Below, in pieces: positions 37,955 through 48,512 of a stretch of DNA of 64,000 bases. The translations under genes were made by a program, and so were the position numbers. Under the pieces are notes generated by a model. It saw nothing but the letters and a program-made list of their open reading frames with translations, was not told where the DNA came from and ran no database searches. The first letter of the stretch is position 1. Each line of letters begins with the position of its first letter. Where the stretch lies: the NCBI GenBank assembly GCA_002269645.1, contig NIVC01000594.1:62001-126000 (forward strand), written 5' to 3'. This stretch comes from Macrostomum lignano. Lineage: Eukaryota.

Positions 37955-38799
37955 CATTCTAGCTTGTGCTAATATCTTTGGTATGACAAAGACCTGACTA
38001 GTTGATGTTTGCAGCTATTGAACAAATAGATTCCAAGTTATGCAAGATAATAGCTAGCTATACTAAGTCAAAGCTGAATCTGCCCCACATCTATCCCCCT
38101 CCCCTGATTGACTACTAAGTCTACTCATCTAACTGATAGTCAAACTTTGTGCTAGAGACAAATCTTTTAAGCCATATAATTTTGTACCAATTTGAATTTT
38201 TATTTATTAGGAAAATGATTAAATGTATAAAAGTAAAAATAAAGTATTGCTACTTTGTCTTAATTCACTTCAGTATTTTTCTATCACAAAAATTGTTTGT
38301 CTATCAGACCTAGCAAGGTAATAGTCCACTGTGGTAAAAGCTAATTTAGTAATATTCAGGTAAAGTTGCTCACTTGGCAAGTAAGATGAATAGGAAGGCA
38401 AAAATCAACATTAAATTAATTTAATTGATAGACACATTTTGCACGATACTGTGTATCTTTAGGTTTATTTTTGAGCAAAAGAAATGAGTGAGATTGGCAG
38501 TAAATAAATACAAAATTTTGGGTGCAAATTCAATCAATATTTGAAGTATATGTTTGTTGGTCCAAAAGTCAAGAGGAAAAGTCCAAGGATAGAATGATAG
38601 CGATATAGTTAGAAGTATATAATGTACATCCAGTGCCCCCTCCCTCAGAACACATGGAGAACATGTCCCACACCACTGTGTTGGAATTGAGTGTTGAGGT
38701 TGGGGAATGCGCTCTAATGTACAGCACTTCAAGTATCTGGAGTTTGGTGTCAAATGAGCATTGATCAATGACTTTGAAGTGCTCTTTGGGTTTGCAATT

Positions 38800-40930
38800 G
38801 GAGCAACTATTATACTCTAAGAGATGGTTTTGGATAGCCAACAGTTTTAGCCAATGCTCTCTGATTCTAGTGTGCAGGTACATAGGGAAGACTAAAAGGC
38901 ACTCATACATTATATACTTCTAACTATATTGCTATCATTCTGTCCCTGGACTTTGCCTCTCAACTTTTGGACCAACAAGCATGTACTTCAAATATTGATT
39001 GAATTTACGCCCAAAATTTTGTATTTATTTACTGTCAATCTCACTTGTTTCTTTTGCTCAAAAATAAACCTGAAGATGTGCAGTATTGCGCCTACCACAG
39101 TATGTAACTACCACAGAAGTGACTCTGTGATCAAAACGAATATCCTGCTATCTGGAACAAATGTTGGCCACATGCTGGATATCAGTTGCACAAAGCTGGT
39201 AAAAGAAAATAAATAGACTAAAATATGTAATTGAACCAATTGAATTTCTTACTTGCTATGGTCTGGCTTTTCAAGGACATCGGGACTGTTGGGCTTATAA
39301 AAGTTCATTCAAATAGAACTATTGACTTAAGACAAAGGTAACTTCATTGCACTTCTGCAGTTTCTCCCAAAACATGATCTTGTTCTATGTGAACACCTTT
39401 GTATTAGACCATCAAATTCCAAATAAACTTCTAGTGAATCATAGAATAAAATAACTTGGGCTCTTTCTGATATTATCACCCAAGATTTGGCAATTTTGGA
39501 TTTTAGTAGTAGACTACTTTGCGCTGCTTGCACAAAGAATAGATATCCATCTGTGTTAGGTACCTCAACATCAACAATGGAAGTGTAGCTATTCACAAAG
39601 AGTTTATTTGCTTTGTTCACGTTGAAGTTTTGATTATCCGACTTGCAAGAAAGCTTTTCAAGATACTTAATTCTTTCCATATTACAGTACAACTTGTTGC
39701 TCAAAGCTATGATAGATTCAATGGCATTCAGGCAATGATTAGCAAGCAGCTGGGAAAAAAACTAGCAATCTATTTGCACTGTGCTACACATAATCTAAAC
39801 CTGTCTTTCCAGGATACTTGTAAGCTAGATTCAGTTTGTGCTACCATTACTGCTGTTAATACAGTTGACTCATAGTCTTCATTTACTCATTGCTACAAAG
39901 AATAGCTTTGCTTGAAAAAATCTAAGAGTTGGTTCTGGAGTCATTTGTGCATCAACTTCTAAAATATTGCAAGACCAGATGGGTTAAAAAGTAAGAGGCT
40001 TTTATCTGATTCAACCTTCTCTTCTTAGCAATCATTGAAGCTCTAGAGGAGATCAGCACATGGGGAGAAGAGGCAGGCAACAATGCTCAAAACAACCTTA
40101 AACCTTTAATAGACAGCAAATATGTTATTGCAAGCCACATTATCAATGCTGTTCTCATTATCATAAAACCATTATCAGAGAAATTGCAGTGTGTAGATCT
40201 CAATCTTGTTGATTATGTCAATTAAATTAAGGCTATCATTAATGTCCTTCAAGATTTCTACTCTGATGATGGCCATGTTAATTATAATAAGATATTTGAT
40301 TTTACTAAGAAAGCACTTAACAAGCAACTACAAAAGCCTTGAACCAATACCAGGTATCAATAGAAGCATTGTGCCAACCCCGATGTCTAAACAGCATGTG
40401 ATAAATGCCACATAGCAATGTACAATCTATTCATTGGATAATATAAGTGCTACTCTTGAGGAGTGCTTTAGTTCACATGCCTAGCTTGCATTTCAGATAG
40501 CACGACTGCTTTCTCATAGTGTTATTGACAAAATTTTTGATATGAAGAAACCAATAGAAATTTACATTAGATAATTATGTGGATTAAGCTTTGTGGAACA
40601 ACATCAAAGCTGAATTCTTGCTATAGAAAAAGCACTGGCAGAATGTCAATCTAAAGGACTGACTGTGACATGTGCTTGAGACATTAACAAATTCAGCTGT
40701 GAGACTTCAGAGCTTCTCTAATATCCAGCTTCTATAAGTTTTAACAATGATTCCCATCACTACTGCAACAGCAAAAATGGTCATTTAGTTAGCTTTGTCC
40801 ACTGAAGTTGTACCCACATTCTACAATGAGACAAGAGTGACTAATAGGATTGGCCTAGCTTCTAATTCACAGGGACATAAAGCTAGATATTAATAAAGTT
40901 ATCAATCAGTTTATACAGAATGGGTCTTGT
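38800..40930 (+). pseudogene. Decayed hAT-family transposase
   Basis: QSYD...YLHCATHNLNL (ORF 39630-39875), plus C-terminal dimerisation-like PITTATA...SFS and STMRQE.L.GLA...IHRD remnants, with many stops. Confidence 0.7.
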
Positions 40931-41213
40931 AGAATTGATTTATAAATAATTAAGTTAAATTTTTAGTCAATAAGTTTTAATAGGCCTAGAATGAGCATAA
41001 GTAACATATAGTCAACAGTATGATCAGGAAGAGTGGAAAGCAAAGATTGGATGGATTGAAGCTTCTACCTAGGTTTTCATAGTTTTTTCAAGCATTTTTA
41101 ATATCAAAATAGTTGGCCAAGGGATAAAATGCTAGTGAAAAAACAGGCTAGCCTTCAGTTTTGTTTGTTTAATTATTTTCAGAGTCTTGTATTATTTTTT
41201 GCCCTTTTTCAGC

Positions 41214-41457
41214 ATGGCGGGTCACCCATCTGCTCCGACGACGATTGTCCCACTGGCTGAGGTCAGGCCAACGACTGATCTATGCAATCTTCCGTTCATG
41301 AAGATGCGTGACCTTGCTATCCTGACTGCTGACACGCAATCTGTGATGCGCTGACTAGCGAAGTACCGGCTACTGCCCAACGAGCACCAGTGCTACAACG
41401 ACAACTGCCCTACGACACCCCAAATGCGGCTTCAACATCGTCAAGGACTTTTGTAAT
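41214..41457 (+). pseudogene. Possible N-terminal fragment of a Merlin/ISXO2-like transposase
   Basis: Translates as ...ADTQSVMR*LAKYRLLPNEHQCYNDNCPTTPQMRL. This resembles the WL...LL...CxxC...M.L start of Merlin-type transposases, but it is short and interrupted. Confidence 0.3.
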
Positions 41458-42053
41458 TGTGAACTCTTTACTGTGTCAGACTGCCAGTTTGTTGTTTTTA
41501 TTTCACATATTGCTCTACAGCTCTAAAATATATTGGTGCTATATTGATTAGAAAGCAAAATATTGTTGAAAAGCAAAATTGATACATTGGAAAGCATAGT
41601 GCATGCTAGTGCAGCAAGTAAAAAACGATTTTCATTTACTCAAGCATTCAGTAGAAAGAATTTTTTCTATTTTTTTCACTAAATTGTGCGATTTTCATTG
41701 AATTAGAAACTTGACTGGCCGTTCATAGCTACCTATCACCTATATATTTGATTTACAGCACTTAATTTTCTTGTGAACTATCATTGGGCCAGCAAGCTGT
41801 ACAAGTAGCAGCAGCTTTACTCATTTATATCCTTGCATCCCCCTTATGAGAAATTCCTAGCTACGCCCCTGTTACGTTGATGGCTGGGCCTAGGCCTGCA
41901 AGGACTGCCGCGCTCAAGAGTCCATCAGGAAGGGCTCGTTCTTTGAGCGTAGCGACCTGCAGCTAACCCAACTAGTGGACTTCCTATACTCAGTGAGCCA
42001 CTACTACCCTGCCTGAACACTCTTTGCGACTAGTGTATAGTAATTGTCTACGC

Positions 42054-42270
42054 CTGGGTTTTTTGTCTATAACTTGGGTGCGATTTCGCACCCTGTGCTA
42101 GATTTCAGGGTGCAATTTTCAAGACCAGGATGCGCTGCACTGCAAATTGTAAAACCCGCATCACATCCTTGCAAAAATTTGGGTGCCCTTTTTGCACCCT
42201 GAGTCAAATTTCAAGTTGCGATTTTCAAGACCAGGATGCTATTCACACCCATTTGCACAAAAAAACCCAG
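42054..42270. mobile_element. 217-bp MITE with exact 8-bp TSD
   Basis: Termini CTGGGTTTTTT and AAAAAACCCAG. GTCTACGC is present at both 42046-42053 and 42271-42278. Confidence 0.8.
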
Positions 42271-43499
42271 GTCTACGCCTAATAATAGCAAACTGATATC
42301 CCCAAAAATCTAGGCTATGCCCCTGGACTTTTTTATAGGCCTGCTAGAACTTAGGGCATTAAATAGCAAGGCCTACCATTTTTGTTCAAGTTTGAAAATA
42401 CAAAAGCACTTATTTTATTTTTAGTATTTTTGTGAGTGTCACAGGTTTTTTAGTTAGGCTAAGCTGATCTTTTCAATGAAAAAGATAATAGTTTATTATC
42501 CTAATGAAGCTAGAACTGCGAGATAGATTATAGGCTATATTTGATGGCTAGGTTGGCCGATGGACTATGGCCATGGGCTATAACTATGCCTATACTATAG
42601 CTAGGCCTATATAATTTTTTTCTTTATCAAAAAGTTTTTTCTCTTCTTTCTGATTTATATTTGCTTTTAATTTTATGTAAATGCATTGCAGCTATTCATT
42701 TTAAAATAACCTACTTTTTATTCAAAGGGCATGTCAAGTGTCAATGTCAACTTAAAACCATAAAGTTTAATCTTTATCTAGGGCTAGGCCCTAATCATAA
42801 TCTGATGTTTGAACTTCTGAAGCTCAGTCATCATACAGCAAATGATGCTGTAGATATCATGTATGAGTTTCGTTAGTTTAGGCGGATGTATGGCTTGCAT
42901 TCAGGTAATAACAGCGAAGCAAATGAGCATGATGATTTTGACTGATCATGCCAACAATTATGAATTATATTCTGACCGACGCGACAACTTTAAAGAACTG
43001 CCAAAGCACGTTCGTTTCATTTCGGTGAAAGTCTTACTATAACAAATATTCAGTGATACAATATAAACAATCTAATGCATAATATATAATATACAACATG
43101 AAAATATTCGAAAAAGAAAGCGTTAGGCCTAGTAAGCTTGCCTAAGTTGGTTGTAGAGTTGATGATTAATTTCACAACTTCTGAAACCTCAAACTCAACC
43201 TCGAAACCCTTTGAAAGCTTGAAACGTTCAGCTGCTCGAAACTTTACAAACAACTTTTTGAAATAAAATTATTGTAAATTGTTACAAATTTCGCTTGTTT
43301 GTTTGATTCCCAATTCTGCACAGGTCATTTCTGTATCATATTATCCGGCCCCATATATGCACAGTCTTGGTGGCTTTTGTTTTCGACTGAGGCCAACGGC
43401 CTGTTAGGTTCGACAGAAAAGCTGGCCTTATGCATCCCAGCTTCGGCCTAACAAATACTCTGCCGTCTTCTCATGTGGCACTGCATGCTTTTGCTACTG

Positions 43500-44025
43500 G
43501 AAAACGAGATAGTTGCGTACGAAAAGATCGATCAAGTATATAGTGCAGCTACTGGCTGGCGCACCGTCGCTCCTGGAAATCCATTTCCAATATACTAAAA
43601 ATTTTTTCCTAACAACTCTGCGCGTTGGTGAGGCAACGAGCCCAGCGGCGCTAAAGGGGAGAACTGCATTTGTGTTGCAAATAAGCCCACAGCACCGCTT
43701 GCGGACATGACCTGCAAATGAACTACGGCTGTGTGCGAATACGTGGGAATTAACTGTTCAGCCCGCTTCAAACACCTGGTGGCAGCAAGTGGACTTCGAC
43801 TGGCAGACCTGGCAGACTTAAAACTGTGTCTACTGCCAGACTGAAGTGACCGCGGCACCGGTTCTCCACTGCATGAGGGAGCTAGGCCACTCGGCTGGCT
43901 ACCAGCGTGAAGTCGCTTAATTTGTACAACAGCCGGTTGAGACGGTGCGTGCTGCTAAAGTACATCGATGCTCAGGTGGAGCTGTCCGTGGAGAATAGCA
44001 CGAAGTTCGCCCTGCATGCGTGGAG
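43500..44025 (+). pseudogene. Possible pogo/Tigger-like DDE transposase relic that received the Polinton insertion
   Basis: LKLCLLP...VKSLNLYNSRLRRCVLLKYID...KFALHAW continues after the element as RAVADPCNTF* (54231 onward) when the TSD is collapsed. This resembles the AWxxV..TIxNCF end of DDE_1 transposases. Confidence 0.35.
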
Positions 44026-44596
44026 ACTACATAACGCGTAGATTCTGCAGGGTTTTGGAGGTGAGGTGGGTGTCAGAGCCAATGCAAATTCAACGCCTAT
44101 CTAAATACATTAGACCGATTCTAATTGGTCCAGAGTCATTATGTGAGACATTTATGCTCTCATGTAAAATCTATACATGTAATCAGTGTACACTGTATCG
44201 TACAGCAGCGACGAGTACAATATAGTACGCATAATTAGCGCATCGCAGTTGTTGTACGCAGAAGCGCGCGCGCGCCCCCATCCCCACACAATGCAGCATT
44301 GGTGTACGCAGAATTAACTGTCCATATTAACTGTCCATATACCCAAAATTGGCAGAATTAGAGCGCCTACCCACCCCATAACTGTCCATATTATTACTTG
44401 TCCATATTTACTGTCCATCCCAAAATTGGTGTACGCGCAGAATTGTAGCGTCCGCCCACCCCATAGCTGTTTATATACCAAACTTCGTGTACGCACAGAA
44501 TTGTAGCGCCCACCCATCCAAGAAAATATTCTTTGACCCCCACAATTAATTGGTGGCCCCGCGCGGAGGCATGATGAGTCAGCCGCTGTAAATCGC
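44026..44596 (+). repeat. Left terminal inverted repeat (~570 bp)
   Basis: Reverse complement of 53657-54224 with scattered mismatches and indels; contains internal aactgtccatat and cagaattgtagcgccc repeats. Confidence 0.95.
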
Positions 44597-45212
44597 CGCT
44601 ATCCACCCCTCTGCCCTGCGCTGGCCGCTATAGCTACCAGCAGCAGTGTTACGCAACAACCCGGTCGAGCCACAATGCTAACTTTATAGCCAGACACGTC
44701 ATCAAGGTCTGAAAACACAAACTTCTATGCATGAAATATTCTCGTTTAACAAGATGCCAAACCAATTTTGTTCAGACAGCAAACTATAAATAAGAAAATT
44801 TGGATTCTCGGCCGTTTATCTAAATTCACCAAGTTCAATTAACATCCCAATCGTGTGGAAAACGCAGTGTTTGACAAGCAATTTTTGGTGCCAAAGCACA
44901 AGAGGATCAGACCTCCAAAGCATGAACTGCCAACAACTTGGAGCAAGGATTTCAACACACCTCCAACGCCAGCACCGAAAATAGGTACAAAAGGCTCATT
45001 TTTTCTGGAATCCTCGATAACGACAACACCGTGAAAAGCTCGTTAACATGTAATTAAAACAAAAACTTATTGAGACTCTCGGGTATATAAGCACCAACCC
45101 GGGGCACCAAGCACCCGTACCTGTAAATTTTTCTCGGATTCTCGGCAGTTTTTCAAGCTCAAATAACATTCCCACCACTAGTGCGAACAACGTAGCAAGT
45201 GCTTGACAAGAA

Positions 45213-45752
45213 ATGAGCTGGATTTCCAGAGACTACCCCCTATTATCGAACGAGGAAAAAGACGAATATGAGGCCTTGAAAAAATCTGCTGACTGGTTGT
45301 GCATTTGCCACAGCAAACCGATTTCCGAGCGATTTATAGTCACCTTCAATGCCAAGGTCGAGGAAATTGATCAAGGCCCCTACGACAGCCAAGACTACGC
45401 AGCAGCCAGGATAAATGAGCAACTACGGGACAAAATGAGATTCAAAGCTGATTTAGCACGAATGGAGAGATTACTGGCTCCGATACTAAGTGAAGAGCAT
45501 CGCCAAAAAATACGTTTTCGGAACCATCAAGATCTGTATAATCCGTCGTGGGAGGAGCAACAAAAGATTTGGAATTTTTGGCTGCCAAAGCACAAGAGGA
45601 ACAGGCCGCCAAAGCTTGAACTACCAGCAACTTGGAGCAAGGATTTCAGCACACCTCCAACGCCAGCACCCGAAAATAGGAACAAAAGGTTCATTTTTTC
45701 CGGAATCCTCGATAACGACAACTCTGTAAAAAGCTCGTTATCGTGTAATTAA
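45213..45752 (+). CDS. Polinton hypothetical protein (179 aa)
   Basis: ATG-initiated ORF downstream of a GGGTATATAAGC box; no family recognised. Confidence 0.6.
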   Translation: MSWISRDYPLLSNEEKDEYEALKKSADWLCICHSKPISERFIVTFNAKVEEIDQGPYDSQDYAAARINEQLRDKMRFKADLARMERLLAPILSEEHRQKIRFRNHQDLYNPSWEEQQKIWNFWLPKHKRNRPPKLELPATWSKDFSTPPTPAPENRNKRFIFSGILDNDNSVKSSLSCN

Positions 45753-45847
45753 AACAAAAACTTATTGAGACTCTCGGGTATATAAGCACCAGCCCGGAGC
45801 ATCTGCAAGCGCCCGTACCTGCAAATTTTTCTAAACAGACAAGAGAC

Positions 45848-46390
45848 ATGGAGACAGTGCAAGACTTCAACTGCGTCAAGCGAGAGCTGCTGGCACTCAA
45901 ACCGCGAGGTCCGAGCTTCAACGGGGTTGAAACGTTTGACATTGAATATGACGAACAGGGACCTCTCTACTTGGCCAATGCGGTCCCTGTTTTGATCGTC
46001 AAGGGCGTGCGTACTGACAACGAAGGTCGCGAATTCATCATCATTGCACAAAAACACATTGAAAGCTGCATACCCTACACTTTCAACACTGTGGCGGAGC
46101 ACCTTTCCAGCGAAAGTCTAGCTCTGCTGGGCTACAACCCAGCGTTTGGAGGTGACAGTGCAGCGTTTGGGCTGGCTCACGACTTTAAAATGTACGACCA
46201 AAACGGACTGCCTGTAGAGGATTACAAAAACAAGAGCGGCTACTACAGGATTCTGTTTACTCTCGACACGGCCGTGATTCGAGACGCTGTTTTGACCGCA
46301 ATGCCAAAAATTCAACAGCTACAGTTTGTCGAAGAAGCCAAACAGGCATTCGATCGTTGCTTTGGACGCCACCTCCAAAAATCAAGGTAG
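45848..46390 (+). CDS. Candidate OB-fold ssDNA-binding protein (180 aa)
   Basis: Beta-rich pattern FDIEY...LYL...VLIVKGV...FKMYDQNG...YYRILFTL...PKIQQLQFVE is reminiscent of T7 gp2.5-like viral SSBs. This is pattern recognition only. Confidence 0.45.
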   Translation: METVQDFNCVKRELLALKPRGPSFNGVETFDIEYDEQGPLYLANAVPVLIVKGVRTDNEGREFIIIAQKHIESCIPYTFNTVAEHLSSESLALLGYNPAFGGDSAAFGLAHDFKMYDQNGLPVEDYKNKSGYYRILFTLDTAVIRDAVLTAMPKIQQLQFVEEAKQAFDRCFGRHLQKSR

Positions 46391-46599
46391 GCGTCAAGAA
46401 AGTAAGCAAGAAAGCAAAGAAACCACCAAAGCTTGTCAAGGAGAAGCAGCCAAAGGTGCCTAAAAATCAGGCCAGAAAGCGACAGCATCAATCGAAACTA
46501 GTAGCAGCCAACGAATCAAAGAAGCGGTCGAAAGCCCCCAAGAAGGATACGAAAGTAAAAACTGCCGAAAAATCTACTTGCAGAACGTCGAGTGTGTGA
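46357..46599 (+). CDS. Lysine-rich segment, probably a frameshifted part of a neighbouring ORF
   Basis: KKVSKKAKKPPKLVKEKQPK... has no in-frame ATG and overlaps both adjacent ORFs in the -1 frame. Confidence 0.4.
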   Translation: MLWTPPPKIKVGVKKVSKKAKKPPKLVKEKQPKVPKNQARKRQHQSKLVAANESKKRSKAPKKDTKVKTAEKSTCRTSSV

Positions 46600-47057
46600 A
46601 CCGAGTGTTTTGCGCGAAATGGAGCCGCATGCCTGACTTGGACTGGGCGAGCGCACGGACATTTCGCAGACCAAGAGCTCTTATCAATTTGCGAATAGGA
46701 AAATGTACAATCAACTTTTTTCAGCGTTCTTTGTCTGCAATTGTATTCGGTTGTCGCTCAGTCAACCAAGTTTTGCGTCTTTTTCCTCAATGTAAACCAA
46801 TTTCTGTTGTTGTTACCACTAGTACTTACCGCGCTGAAGTAGACAGATGGCCAAACTTTTTCCAAATTGCATACTCCGGGTCCCACTGGGTGAAGTGGGA
46901 GTGTGAAGTTTTCAATGGAATAGTAATAAAGTCTCCATTTCGCAATGCTAAATGTTTATTATGCGGAAAGAATGGCCGCCTTGTTTTCCTTGGAATACGA
47001 AACTTTAAAGAGCTCTGTCAAATGTACGATCATGTGACTAGCGTTTTGCATGTCTAA
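46578..47057 (+). CDS. Divergent TATA-binding-protein-like domain (159 aa)
   Basis: LQNV aligns to TBP LQNI. [16 protein letters not shown]...[11 protein letters not shown] aligns to [43 protein letters not shown]...GRLVFLG...[13 protein letters not shown] aligns to ELFPGLIYR...GKVVLTG...EIYEAFENIYPIL. Confidence 0.7.
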   Translation: [159 protein letters not shown]

Positions 47058-47197
47058 TCCATGTAGCTGTTGCGTAACTTTACTGCTTTACCACTGTACC
47101 GAATTTGTATGTACGTACAAGCTGCTATGAAATTGTCTATAAATATATTGTGCATAAATTGCAGTGCACTGCAACCAACATCTTTTTGCTAAACAAA

Positions 47198-47554
47198 ATG
47201 ACAAACGGAATCTCCAGACTATGTTCTTGTCGCGGCGAGCTCGCAGAGCTCGCCAAAGCCCGTCCCACTCTTCGGCGGGCCATTATTCGAGGTGCAGGCA
47301 AGGAACTGATTCATTGTCTCTGTGAATTGAGTCACAACGTGCTCCGGGGAAATATCGATCTTTCTCCGAAACAGTATCTGCGATTAAAGCGATACAGAAG
47401 ATCGTTGCGTGAATTGGCAGACACAAAATTGTCTATAAATAGGAAGAAGAATATGCTTCTCTCGAATCCTCAAGTCGGTGGCTTTCTACCCATCCTTGCA
47501 TCTGTTGCTGCACCGCTAATATCAAGCCTGTTTGGCGGACTACTTGGTCGCTAA
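47198..47554 (+). CDS. Conserved Polinton/adintovirus virion protein with C-terminal GG|FL amphipathic peptide (adenovirus pX-like end)
   Basis: KELIHCLCELSHNVLRGNIDL...QVGG-FLPILASVAAPLISSLFGGLLGR. The ATG at 47198 is 60 nt after a TATAAAT. Confidence 0.75.
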   Translation: MTNGISRLCSCRGELAELAKARPTLRRAIIRGAGKELIHCLCELSHNVLRGNIDLSPKQYLRLKRYRRSLRELADTKLSINRKKNMLLSNPQVGGFLPILASVAAPLISSLFGGLLGR

Positions 47555-47555
47555 A

Positions 47556-48205
47556 ATGAATAAATACGTTGTTGTACCAGAAGAAGAATTTAATAGACTA
47601 AGTCAAGGCGCACCCCGAGAAATTGCATCCAAAACAGAATATGAAAAACTCATTGAATACAACACTCAACTCCAAAATAAACTAAGTCAGATCAAGCAAA
47701 AGAAGAGTAATCGTTTTCCTGAACGACAACAACGTGTTTGGGACATGCTGACAGAAAGATACCCAAATTTGGAGTACAACAAGTCGTGGGAAATTGTATT
47801 TGATGGAAAAACCTGGCCAGGAAGCAATATTTTCGATCTATTGAAGGAGATTACATCGAATGAAAGGCGCGACCGCCCAAGCCCAAATATAGTACCGCTT
47901 TTTGGGCCCTGGCCGAAGAGGCAGATATTGCAAAAGCTCTACTAGGACGACGCCAACAAGAAGAAGTCAGTGTGAAAAAAGAAGTCGGCACGGATCCGGA
48001 TCGAGACGATTTTTTAGTCGAGCAAGCAATTGGAACTAATGATTTCTACAACGACTTCCACAAAGACCAAGCCAGTGGCCTGAATGAAATTAAAAAATAT
48101 GAAGATCGTGGCAGCAATGCCTACAGGCATGCTTCATACCAACTTCGCGAACCAAAGAGGCGGCAGAAACCAGCAGTAAAATACGAGACGTTAAAAAAAC
48201 TATAA
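47556..48205 (+). CDS. Conserved Polinton hypothetical protein, split by one frameshift near 47900
   Basis: MNKYVVVPEEEF...WEIVFDGKTWPGSNIFDLL. The -1 frame continues ALAEEADIAKALLG into ORF 47972-48205. Confidence 0.65.
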
Positions 48206-48245
48206 ATAGAAATCATTTTCATGATTTATAATCTGTTTTTGGATC

Positions 48246-48512
48246 ATGGGTGCCGCAGCTGTAACTTCAAAGCTTTGCTCAGACAAACCGTCTGTGGAGT
48301 TCAAGTGTAATTACTCATGCTGTGCATCGAATCTAGTTGCGAATGAGGGTGAAAACCGCTCTTCGGAGAGTGTACGAACAGGGGGACGCCGCTTTTACAA
48401 ATGCTGCCCGTGTATATCAGGAGGCCAAACGGCTGGTCCCCTCCCTGACGAGACGCCAAACAGACGAATGGCTGAAGACCCAATCGAGCTACACCCGGCA
48501 CAAGAGGGTTAA
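48246..48512 (+). CDS. Small Cys-rich ORF beginning MG, overlapping the integrase 5' end
   Basis: MGAAAVTSKLC...FKCNYSCC. The ATG is 45 nt after a TATAAAT. Confidence 0.4.
   Translation: MGAAAVTSKLCSDKPSVEFKCNYSCCASNLVANEGENRSSESVRTGGRRFYKCCPCISGGQTAGPLPDETPNRRMAEDPIELHPAQEG

Noticed and set aside
47890-47905. Programmed ribosomal frameshifting as the cause of the -1 breaks
   Set aside because: The sites lack a consistent X XXY YYZ slippery heptamer, and breaks inside both capsid genes are better explained by indels or consensus error.
44600-48330. Search for a hidden pPolB, helicase or tyrosine recombinase in the element
   Set aside because: No DxxSLYP, YxDTDS, exonuclease or extra Walker motifs were seen by eye in the listed ORFs; a profile search is still needed to confirm absence.
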